Positions 1-8,650 of a stretch of 64,000 nt of DNA are shown here, in pieces. Numbering within the stretch: position 1 is the first letter of the stretch; each line of letters begins with the position of its first letter. Both the position numbers and the translations under genes were made by a program. The notes under the pieces were generated by a model, which saw nothing but the letters and a program-made list of their open reading frames with translations, searched no databases and had not been told where the DNA came from. Source of the DNA: an uncultured Clostridia bacterium (GTDB lineage: Bacteria; Bacillota; Clostridia; Oscillospirales; Oscillospiraceae). The stretch is taken from positions 660 to 64,659 of the forward strand of contig CALBGG010000139.1 of the NCBI GenBank assembly GCA_937893605.1, given 5' to 3'.

Positions 1-7
1 CGATATT

Positions 8-346
8 ATGACAGCAGGAGAAAGCTTTGTTAAAGCCATAAAACCCATAGGTTGCGTACTGTTTCTTATCCTGTTTATCGTGTTCATGGTGTTCTGCTTT
101 ACAAGCGAAGCGCCGCTTGGCGATAAGTATACCTGCCCGCAGACCACGGAGTACTATTCCGAGCACCTGGACGAATTTGAGCAGGAGCTCAAGACCAATC
201 TTCTCCCCCTTATCGACGGCATTGAGGACTGCCGCATAAGCGGGGACAAAATAACGATCGTCATCTCCCCCGACTGCTTTGACGCATCGTCTCAGATAAT
301 CTATCACTATTATGGTAAAAATTTATTTGACATACAAAAATCATAG
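8..346 (+). CDS. hypothetical membrane-anchored protein
   Basis: 112-aa ORF with one N-terminal hydrophobic helix (IGCVLFLILFIVFMVFCF) followed by a soluble tail. The frame is open to the window edge, so the start is uncertain. Confidence 0.5.
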   Translation: MTAGESFVKAIKPIGCVLFLILFIVFMVFCFTSEAPLGDKYTCPQTTEYYSEHLDEFEQELKTNLLPLIDGIEDCRISGDKITIVISPDCFDASSQIIYHYYGKNLFDIQKS

Positions 347-361
347 AAATGAGTGATCAAA

Positions 362-2266
362 ATGAAAGACGGATTTATTAAAGTTGCTGCTGCATCTCCG
401 ATGATAAAGGTCGCAGACACAGAGTATAATGCCGGCAAGGTCATAGAGTGCATGAAAAAAGCGGCCGACAAGGGCGTAAAGCTGCTCGTTTTCCCGGAGC
501 TTACTCTCACAGGCTGCTCCTGTTACGACCTTATCGGCCACAGCGTCATCCTCCGAGGCGCGGAAAGAGCGCTCGAGAGAGTTATCGAAGCCAGTGCCGG
601 AAACGACATGCTCGTTATCGTCGGCCTGCCCTACGCCCCGCGCGGCGGTGCGCTGTACAGCGTCGCGGCCGTAATATCCGACGGCGAGCTTCTTGGTCTT
701 GTTCCCCGCTCCGAGACCGACGGCACCCTGTTTGCCGCGGCCGACGACGAGGGCGGCGAGGAGACCATGTGCGGCAAATTCGACGCATTTTTCGACACGG
801 AGCTTCTGTTTACGAGCGACGTTCTGCCCGGTCTTTCGGTCGCGGTCGAGCTCGGCGCGGACGCCGACGCAATCGACGCACCGGCAGCACGCCATGCGCT
901 TGCGGGAGCCACGGTCATCGCGTCTCTTGCATCCTTCCCCGCAACCGTCACCTCGACCATTGAGGCTACAGAGTCTGTCAAGTACCGCTCGAAGCATCTC
1001 AAGTGCGGCATAGTTCTCGCTGCTCCCGGTAAGGGCGAGAGCACGACCGACAACGTCTACTCCGGCCTGTGCATGGTCGCCGAAAGCGGTGAGGTGCTCG
1101 CTTCCGACGAGTGCGAGGATTGCTTTGTCGTCTCCGAGATCGACGTTGAGTACCTTGAAAATCTCCGCCGCAAAAGCGGAAAATACGGCAGAAGCCAGTA
1201 TAAATACAGCCATTCCGAGCTCTACTGGGGCGAGGAGATCTGCCAGACCGAGCTCACTCGCACTTACCGCAAGCTGCCGCATCTGCCCGAGTTTGAGAAG
1301 GATATGGGCAACTACTGCCGCAGAATGATCGACATTCAGGTCTCCGGCCTTGTTAAGCGCATGACCTACGCGGGTCTCGACCACTGCGTTGTCGGCATCT
1401 CCGGCGGCGTTGACTCAACGCTGACCGTTATGGTCTGCGCCGAGGCAGTAAAGCGCATGGGTCTGCCCTCGACTAACGTCGTCGCCTGCACCCTGCCCTG
1501 CTTCGGCACCTCCTCCCGCACTAAGTCCAACGCAATCATCGTCGCCGAGCAGGTCGGCGCGGAGGTCCGCGTTATCGACATCGGTGAGAGCGTTTACAAG
1601 CACTTCGACGACATCGGCCACGCCCACGACGACTACTCCATCGCCTTTGAGAACGCTCAGGCGCGCGAGCGCACGCAGGTGCTCATGGATATCGCCAATA
1701 AGGTAAACGGCCTTGACGTCGGCACCGAGGATCTCAGCGAGTTTGTTGACGGCTGGTGCACCTATAACGGCGACCACACAAGCATGTACGACGTGAACAT
1801 GGGTCTTACCAAAACTCAGGTTCGCGCGGGCGTTCGCTATATCGCGCAGCACACCGAGGACAAGGTGCTTGCGGACGCTCTGTGGGATGTTCTCGACTGC
1901 CCCGTAACTCCGGAGCTTCTGCCTATCCACGACGATCAGATCGAGCAGAAGAGCGAGGAAAACGTCGGCTCTTACAGCCTGCAGGACTTCTTCACCCACA
2001 AGATGATGATCTGCGGCTTCTCCCCTGCCAAGACCATGCGCCTTGCCAAGGCCGCCTGGGGCGACGAATTTTCCGACGAGGAGCTCACCAAGTGGCTCCG
2101 CAGCTACTGCAAGCGCTATTTCAGCCAGCAGTTCAAGCGCAGCTGCCTGATGGACGGTCCGAGCGTCGAGGCCTTCTCCGTCTCGCCGAGAGTCGGCTTC
2201 CTCATCCCCTCGGATGCCGAGAACAGCCTGTTCATGGCATCGCTCGACACCGTCGCGAAGGAATAA
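362..2266 (+). CDS. nadE: NAD+ synthetase, long form with an N-terminal CN-hydrolase-like domain
   Basis: The C-terminal half has the PP-loop VVGISGGVDST. The N-terminal half has nitrilase-type landmarks (FPELTLTG, ALAGATVIASLAS, GESTTD). I prefer the ATG at 362 over the GTG at 353. Confidence 0.9.
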   Translation: MKDGFIKVAAASPMIKVADTEYNAGKVIECMKKAADKGVKLLVFPELTLTGCSCYDLIGHSVILRGAERALERVIEASAGNDMLVIVGLPYAPRGGALYSVAAVISDGELLGLVPRSETDGTLFAAADDEGGEETMCGKFDAFFDTELLFTSDVLPGLSVAVELGADADAIDAPAARHALAGATVIASLASFPATVTSTIEATESVKYRSKHLKCGIVLAAPGKGESTTDNVYSGLCMVAESGEVLASDECEDCFVVSEIDVEYLENLRRKSGKYGRSQYKYSHSELYWGEEICQTELTRTYRKLPHLPEFEKDMGNYCRRMIDIQVSGLVKRMTYAGLDHCVVGISGGVDSTLTVMVCAEAVKRMGLPSTNVVACTLPCFGTSSRTKSNAIIVAEQVGAEVRVIDIGESVYKHFDDIGHAHDDYSIAFENAQARERTQVLMDIANKVNGLDVGTEDLSEFVDGWCTYNGDHTSMYDVNMGLTKTQVRAGVRYIAQHTEDKVLADALWDVLDCPVTPELLPIHDDQIEQKSEENVGSYSLQDFFTHKMMICGFSPAKTMRLAKAAWGDEFSDEELTKWLRSYCKRYFSQQFKRSCLMDGPSVEAFSVSPRVGFLIPSDAENSLFMASLDTVAKE

Positions 2267-2280
2267 TATCTAAGTCTTAT

Positions 2281-2315
2281 AAAGCTCCCACGCTTGTGGG
2301 AGCTTTTGTTTTTTC
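2281..2315 (+). terminator. rho-independent terminator after nadE
   Basis: AAAGCTCCCAC-GCTT-GTGGGAGCTTT hairpin followed by TGTTTTTTC. Confidence 0.7.
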
Positions 2316-2379
2316 TTGACACGGTTCCCATTTTCAATCATAATCAGTTCGATAAGCGCCGATACAGGAGCTGAAAGCA

Positions 2380-2604
2380 ATGAATACGCCCAAGCGCAAT
2401 ATCATCATCGGCGGAGTTATCGCAGCACTCGGCCTTGTGCTGAGCGGCTGCGGCGCAGTCAGCCGCGAAAATTCCCGGCTCATAATAAATGACCCGAACC
2501 GCATAAAGCTCACGAGCAGCAATAAAAATGTCACCATACCCGAATACGGCGGCGAGGTCGAGCTCAGCGCGAACACCGATTTCTTTACAATTGATATAGG
2601 ATAG
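2380..2604 (+). CDS. small lipoprotein
   Basis: Signal peptide with lipobox (AALGLVLSGC). RBS AGGAG sits upstream of the ATG. Confidence 0.6.
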   Translation: MNTPKRNIIIGGVIAALGLVLSGCGAVSRENSRLIINDPNRIKLTSSNKNVTIPEYGGEVELSANTDFFTIDIG

Positions 2605-2632
2605 CAAAAGAAAACCCGTCCTTGCGGACGGG
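2604..2632 (-). terminator. terminator for the 2677..2865 gene, weakly bidirectional
   Basis: CCCGTCC-TTGC-GGACGGG hairpin. On the minus strand it is followed by TTTTCTTTT. Confidence 0.55.
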
Positions 2633-2676
2633 CCTTCTTATAGGGTAGGTATTTGTTTAAAATCGTGGACAGCAAG

Positions 2677-2865
2677 TTATTTCGTAAAATCGGGGGTCGG
2701 CAGCATGTACTCAAGAGCACCCAGTACCGGGAAGAGCAGTGCCAGGAAGCCGAACCGGGAGCTTCCGTTCGAGCCGAACATGTCAAAGCAGAAGATGCAC
2801 AGCGCTGCAAACGCGATGACGGTAAATACGATCTTGCGGATAAAATTCTTTACTTCGTAACTCAT
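2677..2865 (-). CDS. small two-helix membrane protein
   Basis: 62-aa ORF with two hydrophobic segments. RBS AAGGAG lies 8 nt upstream of the ATG. Confidence 0.55.
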   Translation of the reverse strand: MSYEVKNFIRKIVFTVIAFAALCIFCFDMFGSNGSSRFGFLALLFPVLGALEYMLPTPDFTK

Positions 2866-3108
2866 TTTGAAAACTCCTTTTATAATAAATTTGAGTTGAT
2901 TTATAGTTTGTCAGAGAATTAACTTTCTCTTTCTGTTTTCATATTACTACGCGGTACGGCATTTAGCAAGCGAATAAAAATCATGTATTGCATGCCGTTT
3001 TGTAATGTTAGTTAATTAACTATCAATTAAGCGCTCTCCTTTTCTACATATTATTTGTTCAATTGCAGAGAATATATCTGCACGACAAAAATATGGAGGA
3101 TCAAAGAT

Positions 3109-3645
3109 ATGAAAGCAACAGGAATAGTCAGACGCATCGACGATCTCGGCAGGGTCGTTATCCCGAAAGAAATACGCCGCACAATGCGTATCCGAGAGGG
3201 CGACCCGTTGGAGATATTCACAGACCGCGACGGTGAGGTGATATTTAAGAAGTATTCCCCGATCGGCGAATTGAGCGACTTCGCTTCTCAAATATGCGAG
3301 AGTCTGTACCGCTCTACCGATGCGGTGGCCGCCGTGTGCGACCGCGACAGCGTTATTGCCGTATCCGGCGCATCCAAGCGCGATTTTCTTGAAAAGCGCA
3401 TATCGCCGTCGCTTGAGCGGATCATGGAATCGCGCGGCAGCGTGAAATACGACGGCGGCGAGCCTATACACGTCCTTGACGGCAATGAACGTTATTACGT
3501 TTCGGTCGCGGCTCCTATCATCAGCGAGGGTGATATACTCGGCTGCGTGGCGTTCGTAAGCTCTGCCCCGTCTGCCGGCAGCGACATCGAGTTCAAGCTC
3601 GCGCAGACCGTGGCTTCGTTCCTCGGAAAACAGATGGAGAGCTGA
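3109..3645 (+). CDS. spoVT: stage V sporulation protein T (AbrB-type SpoVT)
   Basis: MKATGIVRRIDDLGRVVIPKEIRRTMRIREGDPLEIF is the SpoVT/AbrB swapped-hairpin N-terminus, followed by a GAF-like tail. The product is 178 aa. RBS GGAGGA lies before the ATG at 3109. Confidence 0.9.
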   Translation: MKATGIVRRIDDLGRVVIPKEIRRTMRIREGDPLEIFTDRDGEVIFKKYSPIGELSDFASQICESLYRSTDAVAAVCDRDSVIAVSGASKRDFLEKRISPSLERIMESRGSVKYDGGEPIHVLDGNERYYVSVAAPIISEGDILGCVAFVSSAPSAGSDIEFKLAQTVASFLGKQMES

Positions 3646-3653
3646 AAAAGCAA

Positions 3654-3700
3654 GCCGAAGGGAGAAACTCCTTAAAGAAGTCCTCCCTTCGGCATTTTTA
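3654..3700 (+). terminator. rho-independent terminator after spoVT
   Basis: GCCGAAGGGAG ... CTCCCTTCGGC stem followed by ATTTTTA. Confidence 0.7.
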
Positions 3701-3795
3701 ATTAGCCGGAATGATCAAATTGCATGGAGACAGCCGCAGAATATAAACGGCACGGCCGCATGACACGACTATTCCGATATTGCTGTTTTATTTGT

Positions 3796-4410
3796 TTACA
3801 GTGCCGCACGCTGTTCAGGAGTCATCCGGTACTGCGGCTTAACATGATAAGCCACCTCGGCGTACTGGCGTGCACGCTCACGCAGCGAGAAATTTCCGTT
3901 CTGGCTGCACCAGACATAAAGCTCGTGCAGAATAAGGTCGGTCGCAATATGTGACAAAAGCTCCGGCGGCTCCTCGGTCTCGATTATCCCGTTCTTTGCA
4001 CAGTTCTTTGCAAGCGTGGCAAACAGGTCGTCAAGAGCATGCACCGCATCTCTTATCCCCTGGGGCGACTCGAACTGCATAATAAACAGTCTGCTCGTCA
4101 GCTTCGGCCCGAAATCGAGAGCAATGGCTATGAACCGCTCAAACAACTGCCATATGCGTTCAAAATCGTTCTCGGCATCCGCAAAGCGGCGAAAGTCCTC
4201 ATCGTCATTTTGCTGCGGCTTTGAAACAACATAATCAAGTATACCGCGCTTACCCTTGAACATTGTATAAAAAACCGTTCTCGAAACATGCGCATTCTCA
4301 CATATTTCATTGACGCTGACGCTGTCATAGCCTTCGGTTTTAAATAGCTCTATCGCACATTTTGCAATATTTTCCCTGACTCGGAGCGATAAATCCTGCA
4401 CAAAACTCAC
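3796..4410 (-). CDS. TetR/AcrR family transcriptional regulator
   Basis: N-terminal TetR HTH (IAKCAIELFKTEGYDSVSVNEICENAHVSRTVFYTMFKGK). It is divergent from the 4639 gene. The GTG start is tentative. Confidence 0.85.
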   Translation of the reverse strand: MSFVQDLSLRVRENIAKCAIELFKTEGYDSVSVNEICENAHVSRTVFYTMFKGKRGILDYVVSKPQQNDDEDFRRFADAENDFERIWQLFERFIAIALDFGPKLTSRLFIMQFESPQGIRDAVHALDDLFATLAKNCAKNGIIETEEPPELLSHIATDLILHELYVWCSQNGNFSLRERARQYAEVAYHVKPQYRMTPEQRAAL

Positions 4411-4537
4411 CTGCCAAACTGTTCGTATTTTAAAAACATTTTAGACTATTTGTCCGTAATTGTCAACTCATCAACGATGTTGTTATCAAATTTTTTGCAT
4501 CTGTTTTGTGAGATTTGTCAAATTAGCAGCGCGCTTA

Positions 4538-4566
4538 TTGACTATTTTAAACAAAAAAGCTACTAT
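4538..4566 (+). promoter_or_regulatory. candidate sigma-70 promoter of the 4639 gene
   Basis: TTGACT (4538-4543), 17 nt, TACTAT (4561-4566). A 5+1+5 palindrome ATTTG-T-CAAAT at 4513-4523 just upstream is a possible TetR operator. Confidence 0.35.
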
Positions 4567-4638
4567 GCATTTAAGCGTTGATATTAAATTCACAAGTGTA
4601 AGTGTATCAGCATTGAAGAAATCAGGAGGTTACAAGCT

Positions 4639-7407
4639 ATGACAAAAGACCAAAAGATCGCCAAGCTCGGCAAGGTGATCACCGACCGTGCCACTGTCCT
4701 TCTCGGAAAGGATAAGATCACACCAGAATCCCCGGAATACCTCGGCATCAATTCTGCACTGAAGTATACCGCATACAAGTATGATCAGAAGATGGCCGAT
4801 GATATACTCGACATCTGCCTGACCATGAAAAAGCGCGTACCCTTGACCATCGAACAGTTGGCAGCAAAGAACCCTCAGTTTGACAGAGAGTACCTTGAGA
4901 AGGCCATGCAGGCCGTCAGCGAGAGCGGTCTTGTTGAGTTCCACTGGGAAAATCTCGATGGCAAAAACCCCAACCACGAGAAGCGCTGGGTATTGGATAT
5001 GTTCGTCCCGGGCAGTGCCGAGATCATGATGATAAACCCCGAGCAGTCGGATATGTATCCCGAAACTGCCGACTTCTTTGAGCGTATGGCATATCTTCCT
5101 TTGGCAGGTATCACGGAGATGGTGCCTCCCGGAGGCGCCGGCATCGGCATGCATGTAATACCTGTTGAGAAGGCCATCCCCGCAGAAAGCAAATCTCTTC
5201 CCATCGAGCACCTCAGCCACTGGCTGAAGAAGTACGAAGGTCAGATCGGCGTTTCCGTATGCTCCTGCCGCAAACAGCAGCGCATCCGCGGTGAGGGCTC
5301 GGGCGATATCGAAGGCGAATGGTGCATCGGTGTCGGTGATTTTGCCGACTACTGCCGTGAGACAAACCATGGCCGTGACATAACCTATGAAGAAGCTATG
5401 GAGATCCTTCAGAAGGCCGAGGACAAGGGCTATGTGCATCAGATAACCAATATCGACGGCGAGAACAAGATATTCGGCATCTGCAACTGTGCCGTCGGCG
5501 TCTGCAACGCACTGCGCACCTCGCAGCTGTTCAACACGCCGAATCTTTCCGCATCCGCCTACACCGCAGAGACCGACCCCGAAAAGTGTGTCGCATGCGG
5601 CAAGTGCGTCGAGACTTGCCCGGCAGGCGCAGTCCGCCTCGGTCAGAAGCTCTGCACCAAGGAAGGCCCCATCCAGTATCCCCGCCATGAGCTGCCCGAC
5701 GACACTCAGTGGGGCGAAGATCACTGGAACAAGAATTACAGAAACGAGAACGGCTCGATTCAGACCTGGCCGACCGGCACGGCGCCCTGCAAGGTTGCCT
5801 GCCCGGCTCACATTGCGATCCAGGGCTACATAAAGATGGCCTCCGACGGTCGCTATGCCGACGCTCTCAAGCTTATAAAGAAGGACAACCCCTTCCCCGC
5901 AGTCTGCGGTAGCATCTGCCGCAAATACTGCGAGGACGCCTGCACCCGCGGTACCGTTGATGAGCCTCTTGCAATTGACGAGATCAAGAAGTTCATCGCC
6001 GAGCAGGATATGAAGGCAGAGCATCGCTATGTACCGCCCATGGTGTCCTGCACACATGAGAAATTTGATCAGAAGATCGCAATCATCGGCGCCGGCCCCG
6101 CCGGTATGTCCTGTGCATACTTCCTTGCAATTGAAGGCTACAGCCCCGTCGTGTTCGAGAAGGAGGCCGTCCCCGGCGGCATGCTCGTAAACGGCATTCC
6201 CTCCTTCCGTATCGGCAAGGATATCGTCAAGTCCGAGATAGATGTTCTGCGTGAGATGGGCGTTGAGTTCCGCTGCGGCGTAGAGGTCGGCAAGGATGTC
6301 ACCATCCAGCAGCTGCGTGACGAAGGCTTCAAGGCATTTTATGTTGCAGTGGGTCTGCAGAAGGCCGCAAAGCTGAACATCCCCGGCGAAGAGCTCAAGG
6401 GCGTTCTCGGCGGTCTGGACTTCCTGCGCTCTGTCAACAGCGGCAAGACCAAAAAGCTGACCGGCGATGTCGTTGTAATCGGCGGCGGCAATGCAGCAAT
6501 CGATGTTGCGCGTGCGGCTCGTCGTCTTACAAGCGGCAGTGTCAACATGTACTGCCTTGAAAAGGACGAAGAGATGCCCACCGTTCCCGATGAGAAGAAT
6601 GCAGGCCTTGCCGACGGCGTCGTCATCAACAATTCCTGGGCGCCCAAGGCCGTTATCGGCGAAAACGGCAAGGTCACTGCCATTGAGCTTATGCGCTGCA
6701 CCTCCGTGCGGGACAAAAACGGCAGATTTGCGCCCGTCTATGACGAGAGCGAGACCATCACGGTTCCCTGCTCGAATGTTCTGGTCGCTATCGGCCAGCG
6801 TTCCGATTACGGCTCGGTGCTTGCCGGTACGAAGGCCGAGACTCCCGACGGCAGCCTCATCGACCATGACGGCGTTACCTTCCAGACCGAGGAGGCCGAC
6901 ATCTTTGTCGGCGGCGACTGCGCTACCGGCCCCAAGTACACAATCGACGCCATTGCCTCCGGCCGTGAGGGTGCGGTATCGATCCATCGTTTCGTAAATG
7001 TCGGCCAGACTCTGACAATCCACCGCAACCTGCGTGAGTTCAAGGAGCTGGACAAGGAGAATATTACTCTGCCCGCAGAGAAGTTTAAGAAGCCTGCAAG
7101 ATGCGAGGTCGCCATCGACAAAAAGAAGGTTCTCACCATGCAGGACGACCGTGTCACCTTCACCGAGGAGCAGATCAAGTCCGAGGCTTCCCGCTGCCTG
7201 AGCTGCGGCCGCAGCGTCGTTGACCCGAACAAGTGCATCGGCTGCGGTATCTGCACAACTAAGTGCGAATTTGACGCGATCCACCTTAAGCGCAATCGTC
7301 CGCAGAACAGCAAGATGATCCCTGCCGAGGACAAATTCAAGGCAATAGGACCGTACGCCGCAAAGCGTCAGGTCAAGATAATCAAAAAGCAGCTTTTCGG
7401 TAAATAA
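4639..7407 (+). CDS. multidomain Fe-S flavoprotein: Cys-rich N-domain, ferredoxin, GltD/NfnB-like FAD/NAD(P) oxidoreductase, ferredoxin
   Basis: CVACGKCVETCPAGAV and CIGCGICTTKCEFDAI are 4Fe-4S motifs. CKVACPAHI and CGSICRKYCEDACTRG are GltD-type clusters. IAIIGAGPAGMSCAYFL and VVVIGGGNAAIDVAR are Rossmann folds. RBS is AGGAGG. Confidence 0.85.
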   Translation: MTKDQKIAKLGKVITDRATVLLGKDKITPESPEYLGINSALKYTAYKYDQKMADDILDICLTMKKRVPLTIEQLAAKNPQFDREYLEKAMQAVSESGLVEFHWENLDGKNPNHEKRWVLDMFVPGSAEIMMINPEQSDMYPETADFFERMAYLPLAGITEMVPPGGAGIGMHVIPVEKAIPAESKSLPIEHLSHWLKKYEGQIGVSVCSCRKQQRIRGEGSGDIEGEWCIGVGDFADYCRETNHGRDITYEEAMEILQKAEDKGYVHQITNIDGENKIFGICNCAVGVCNALRTSQLFNTPNLSASAYTAETDPEKCVACGKCVETCPAGAVRLGQKLCTKEGPIQYPRHELPDDTQWGEDHWNKNYRNENGSIQTWPTGTAPCKVACPAHIAIQGYIKMASDGRYADALKLIKKDNPFPAVCGSICRKYCEDACTRGTVDEPLAIDEIKKFIAEQDMKAEHRYVPPMVSCTHEKFDQKIAIIGAGPAGMSCAYFLAIEGYSPVVFEKEAVPGGMLVNGIPSFRIGKDIVKSEIDVLREMGVEFRCGVEVGKDVTIQQLRDEGFKAFYVAVGLQKAAKLNIPGEELKGVLGGLDFLRSVNSGKTKKLTGDVVVIGGGNAAIDVARAARRLTSGSVNMYCLEKDEEMPTVPDEKNAGLADGVVINNSWAPKAVIGENGKVTAIELMRCTSVRDKNGRFAPVYDESETITVPCSNVLVAIGQRSDYGSVLAGTKAETPDGSLIDHDGVTFQTEEADIFVGGDCATGPKYTIDAIASGREGAVSIHRFVNVGQTLTIHRNLREFKELDKENITLPAEKFKKPARCEVAIDKKKVLTMQDDRVTFTEEQIKSEASRCLSCGRSVVDPNKCIGCGICTTKCEFDAIHLKRNRPQNSKMIPAEDKFKAIGPYAAKRQVKIIKKQLFGK

Positions 7408-7426
7408 TTTTTCCCGGAGCAGAATC

Positions 7427-7456
7427 AAAGGTGCGGGAGCAATTCCGCACCTTTTT
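7427..7456 (+). terminator. rho-independent terminator
   Basis: AAAGGTGCGG-GAGCAATT-CCGCACCTTT hairpin followed by TT. Confidence 0.65.
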
Positions 7457-7484
7457 CGCAAAGCTATAAGACAGGAGGGCTGTT

Positions 7485-7829
7485 ATGCACGAGCTAAGCA
7501 TTGTGACGTATGTTATAGAACAGGTCGATAAAATAGCAAAAGAAAATTCGCTTACCGATATTCAGTCCGTTACGCTCGAGTTCGGCGAGGTCTCGGGCAT
7601 CGTTCCGGAGTATCTGGCGGACTGCTGGAATTGGTACGCAAAGAAAACGCCGCTTATTGAGCACGCGGAATTCAAGTACGAGCTGATCCCGGCCATAACC
7701 TGGTGCGATAACTGTAAAAGCACCTACTCCACGCTCAAATACGGCAAGACATGTCCCCACTGCGGGAGCGGCAACACATGGCTTCAGCAAGGGCAGGAAA
7801 TGAACATTAAGGAGATAGTCGCCTGCTGA
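7485..7829 (+). CDS. hypA: hydrogenase/urease-type nickel insertion protein HypA
   Basis: N-terminal MHE nickel motif, plus the zinc site CDNC...CPHC. The product is 114 aa. Confidence 0.9.
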   Translation: MHELSIVTYVIEQVDKIAKENSLTDIQSVTLEFGEVSGIVPEYLADCWNWYAKKTPLIEHAEFKYELIPAITWCDNCKSTYSTLKYGKTCPHCGSGNTWLQQGQEMNIKEIVAC

Positions 7830-7849
7830 GCCGGCGGCGTGAGACACAT

Positions 7850-8521
7850 ATGGGACAGTATAAAGTTTATGAAATAAAGCAGAACATTTTCAAGGCAAAC
7901 GACGATGCCGCCGATGTTCTTCGCGCCGAAATGAAGAAAAACAAATGCTTCATGCTCAACCTCATGTCGTCACCCGGCAGCGGAAAAACGACCACGCTCA
8001 CCCGGACCATCGAGCATCTGTGCGGCGAGATGAATATCGGTATCATGGAAGCGGATATCGACTCCGATATCGACGCAGAGCGTATCTCCAATACCGGCGT
8101 CAAGAAGGTCATACAGCTGCATACCGGCGGAATGTGCCACCTGGACGCAGACATGAGCCGTCAGGGGCTTGAGCAGATGGGCACGGATGACCTCGATCTC
8201 GTCGTGCTCGAAAATGTCGGCAATCTCGTGTGCCCGGCAGAGTTTGACACGGGCGCGGCAAAAAACGCAATGATCCTTTCCGTTCCGGAGGGACACGACA
8301 AGCCACTCAAGTATCCCCTCATTTTTCAGGTATGCGACGCACTTATCATAAACAAGATAGACGTTCTTCCCTATTTTGATTTTGATATGGACAAGGTCGT
8401 TGAATTTGCCGGGATGCGCAATCCAAACATAAAAATATTCCCCATCAGCGCAAAAACCGGAGAGGGGATCGAAGCGTGGTGCGGCTGGCTGCGCGATCAG
8501 GCGGCGCAATGGAACGCTTAA
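7850..8521 (+). CDS. hypB: nickel-incorporation GTPase HypB
   Basis: Walker A SSPGSGKTT. Metal-binding GGMCHLDAD and ENVGNLVCPAEFD. NKID G4 motif. Confidence 0.9.
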   Translation: MGQYKVYEIKQNIFKANDDAADVLRAEMKKNKCFMLNLMSSPGSGKTTTLTRTIEHLCGEMNIGIMEADIDSDIDAERISNTGVKKVIQLHTGGMCHLDADMSRQGLEQMGTDDLDLVVLENVGNLVCPAEFDTGAAKNAMILSVPEGHDKPLKYPLIFQVCDALIINKIDVLPYFDFDMDKVVEFAGMRNPNIKIFPISAKTGEGIEAWCGWLRDQAAQWNA

Positions 8522-8650
8522 ACTCTGATTTTTCTCTGATTTTTCCGAGAAAAACCTCTATATCTATTGCAATTTGTGCCGAAAGTGTTAATATTATAAC
8601 AGCCTGCTCTATGCAGGCAGATTGTGTTTGATAATGAATGGAGTAAAAAC

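Noticed and set aside
448-1053. Arg/Pro-rich alternative-frame ORFs inside nadE (448..963 +, 693..1013 +, 631..1053 -).
   Set aside because: They are frame-shifted readings of a GC-rich gene whose main frame carries the NadE motifs. Nothing suggests overlapping genes.
4630-7461. Very long antisense ORFs mirroring real genes. Examples are 4630..7461 (-) 943 aa, 341..1384 (-), 8789..9868 (-), 12002..13204 (+), 21881..22885 (-), 54715..55806 (+), 58030..59181 (+) and 59950..60846 (+).
   Set aside because: They are shadow ORFs typical of GC-rich coding DNA. Their composition is low-complexity and rich in Ala, Arg, Gly and Leu, with no motifs and no RBS. The opposite strand in each case encodes a protein with unmistakable family signatures.
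8523-8544. A tandem direct repeat CTCTGATTTTT x2 just after hypB.
   Set aside because: It has only two 11-bp units, no further copies, and no spacer structure. It is too short to call a repeat element or CRISPR-like feature, and is probably slippage in a T-rich 3' region.
8568-8581. A GGCAC...TTGCA-like string on the minus strand upstream of the dehydratase-like genes.
   Set aside because: GG and GC are separated by only 8 nt rather than 10. The element also points away from the genes, toward the hypB 3' end.
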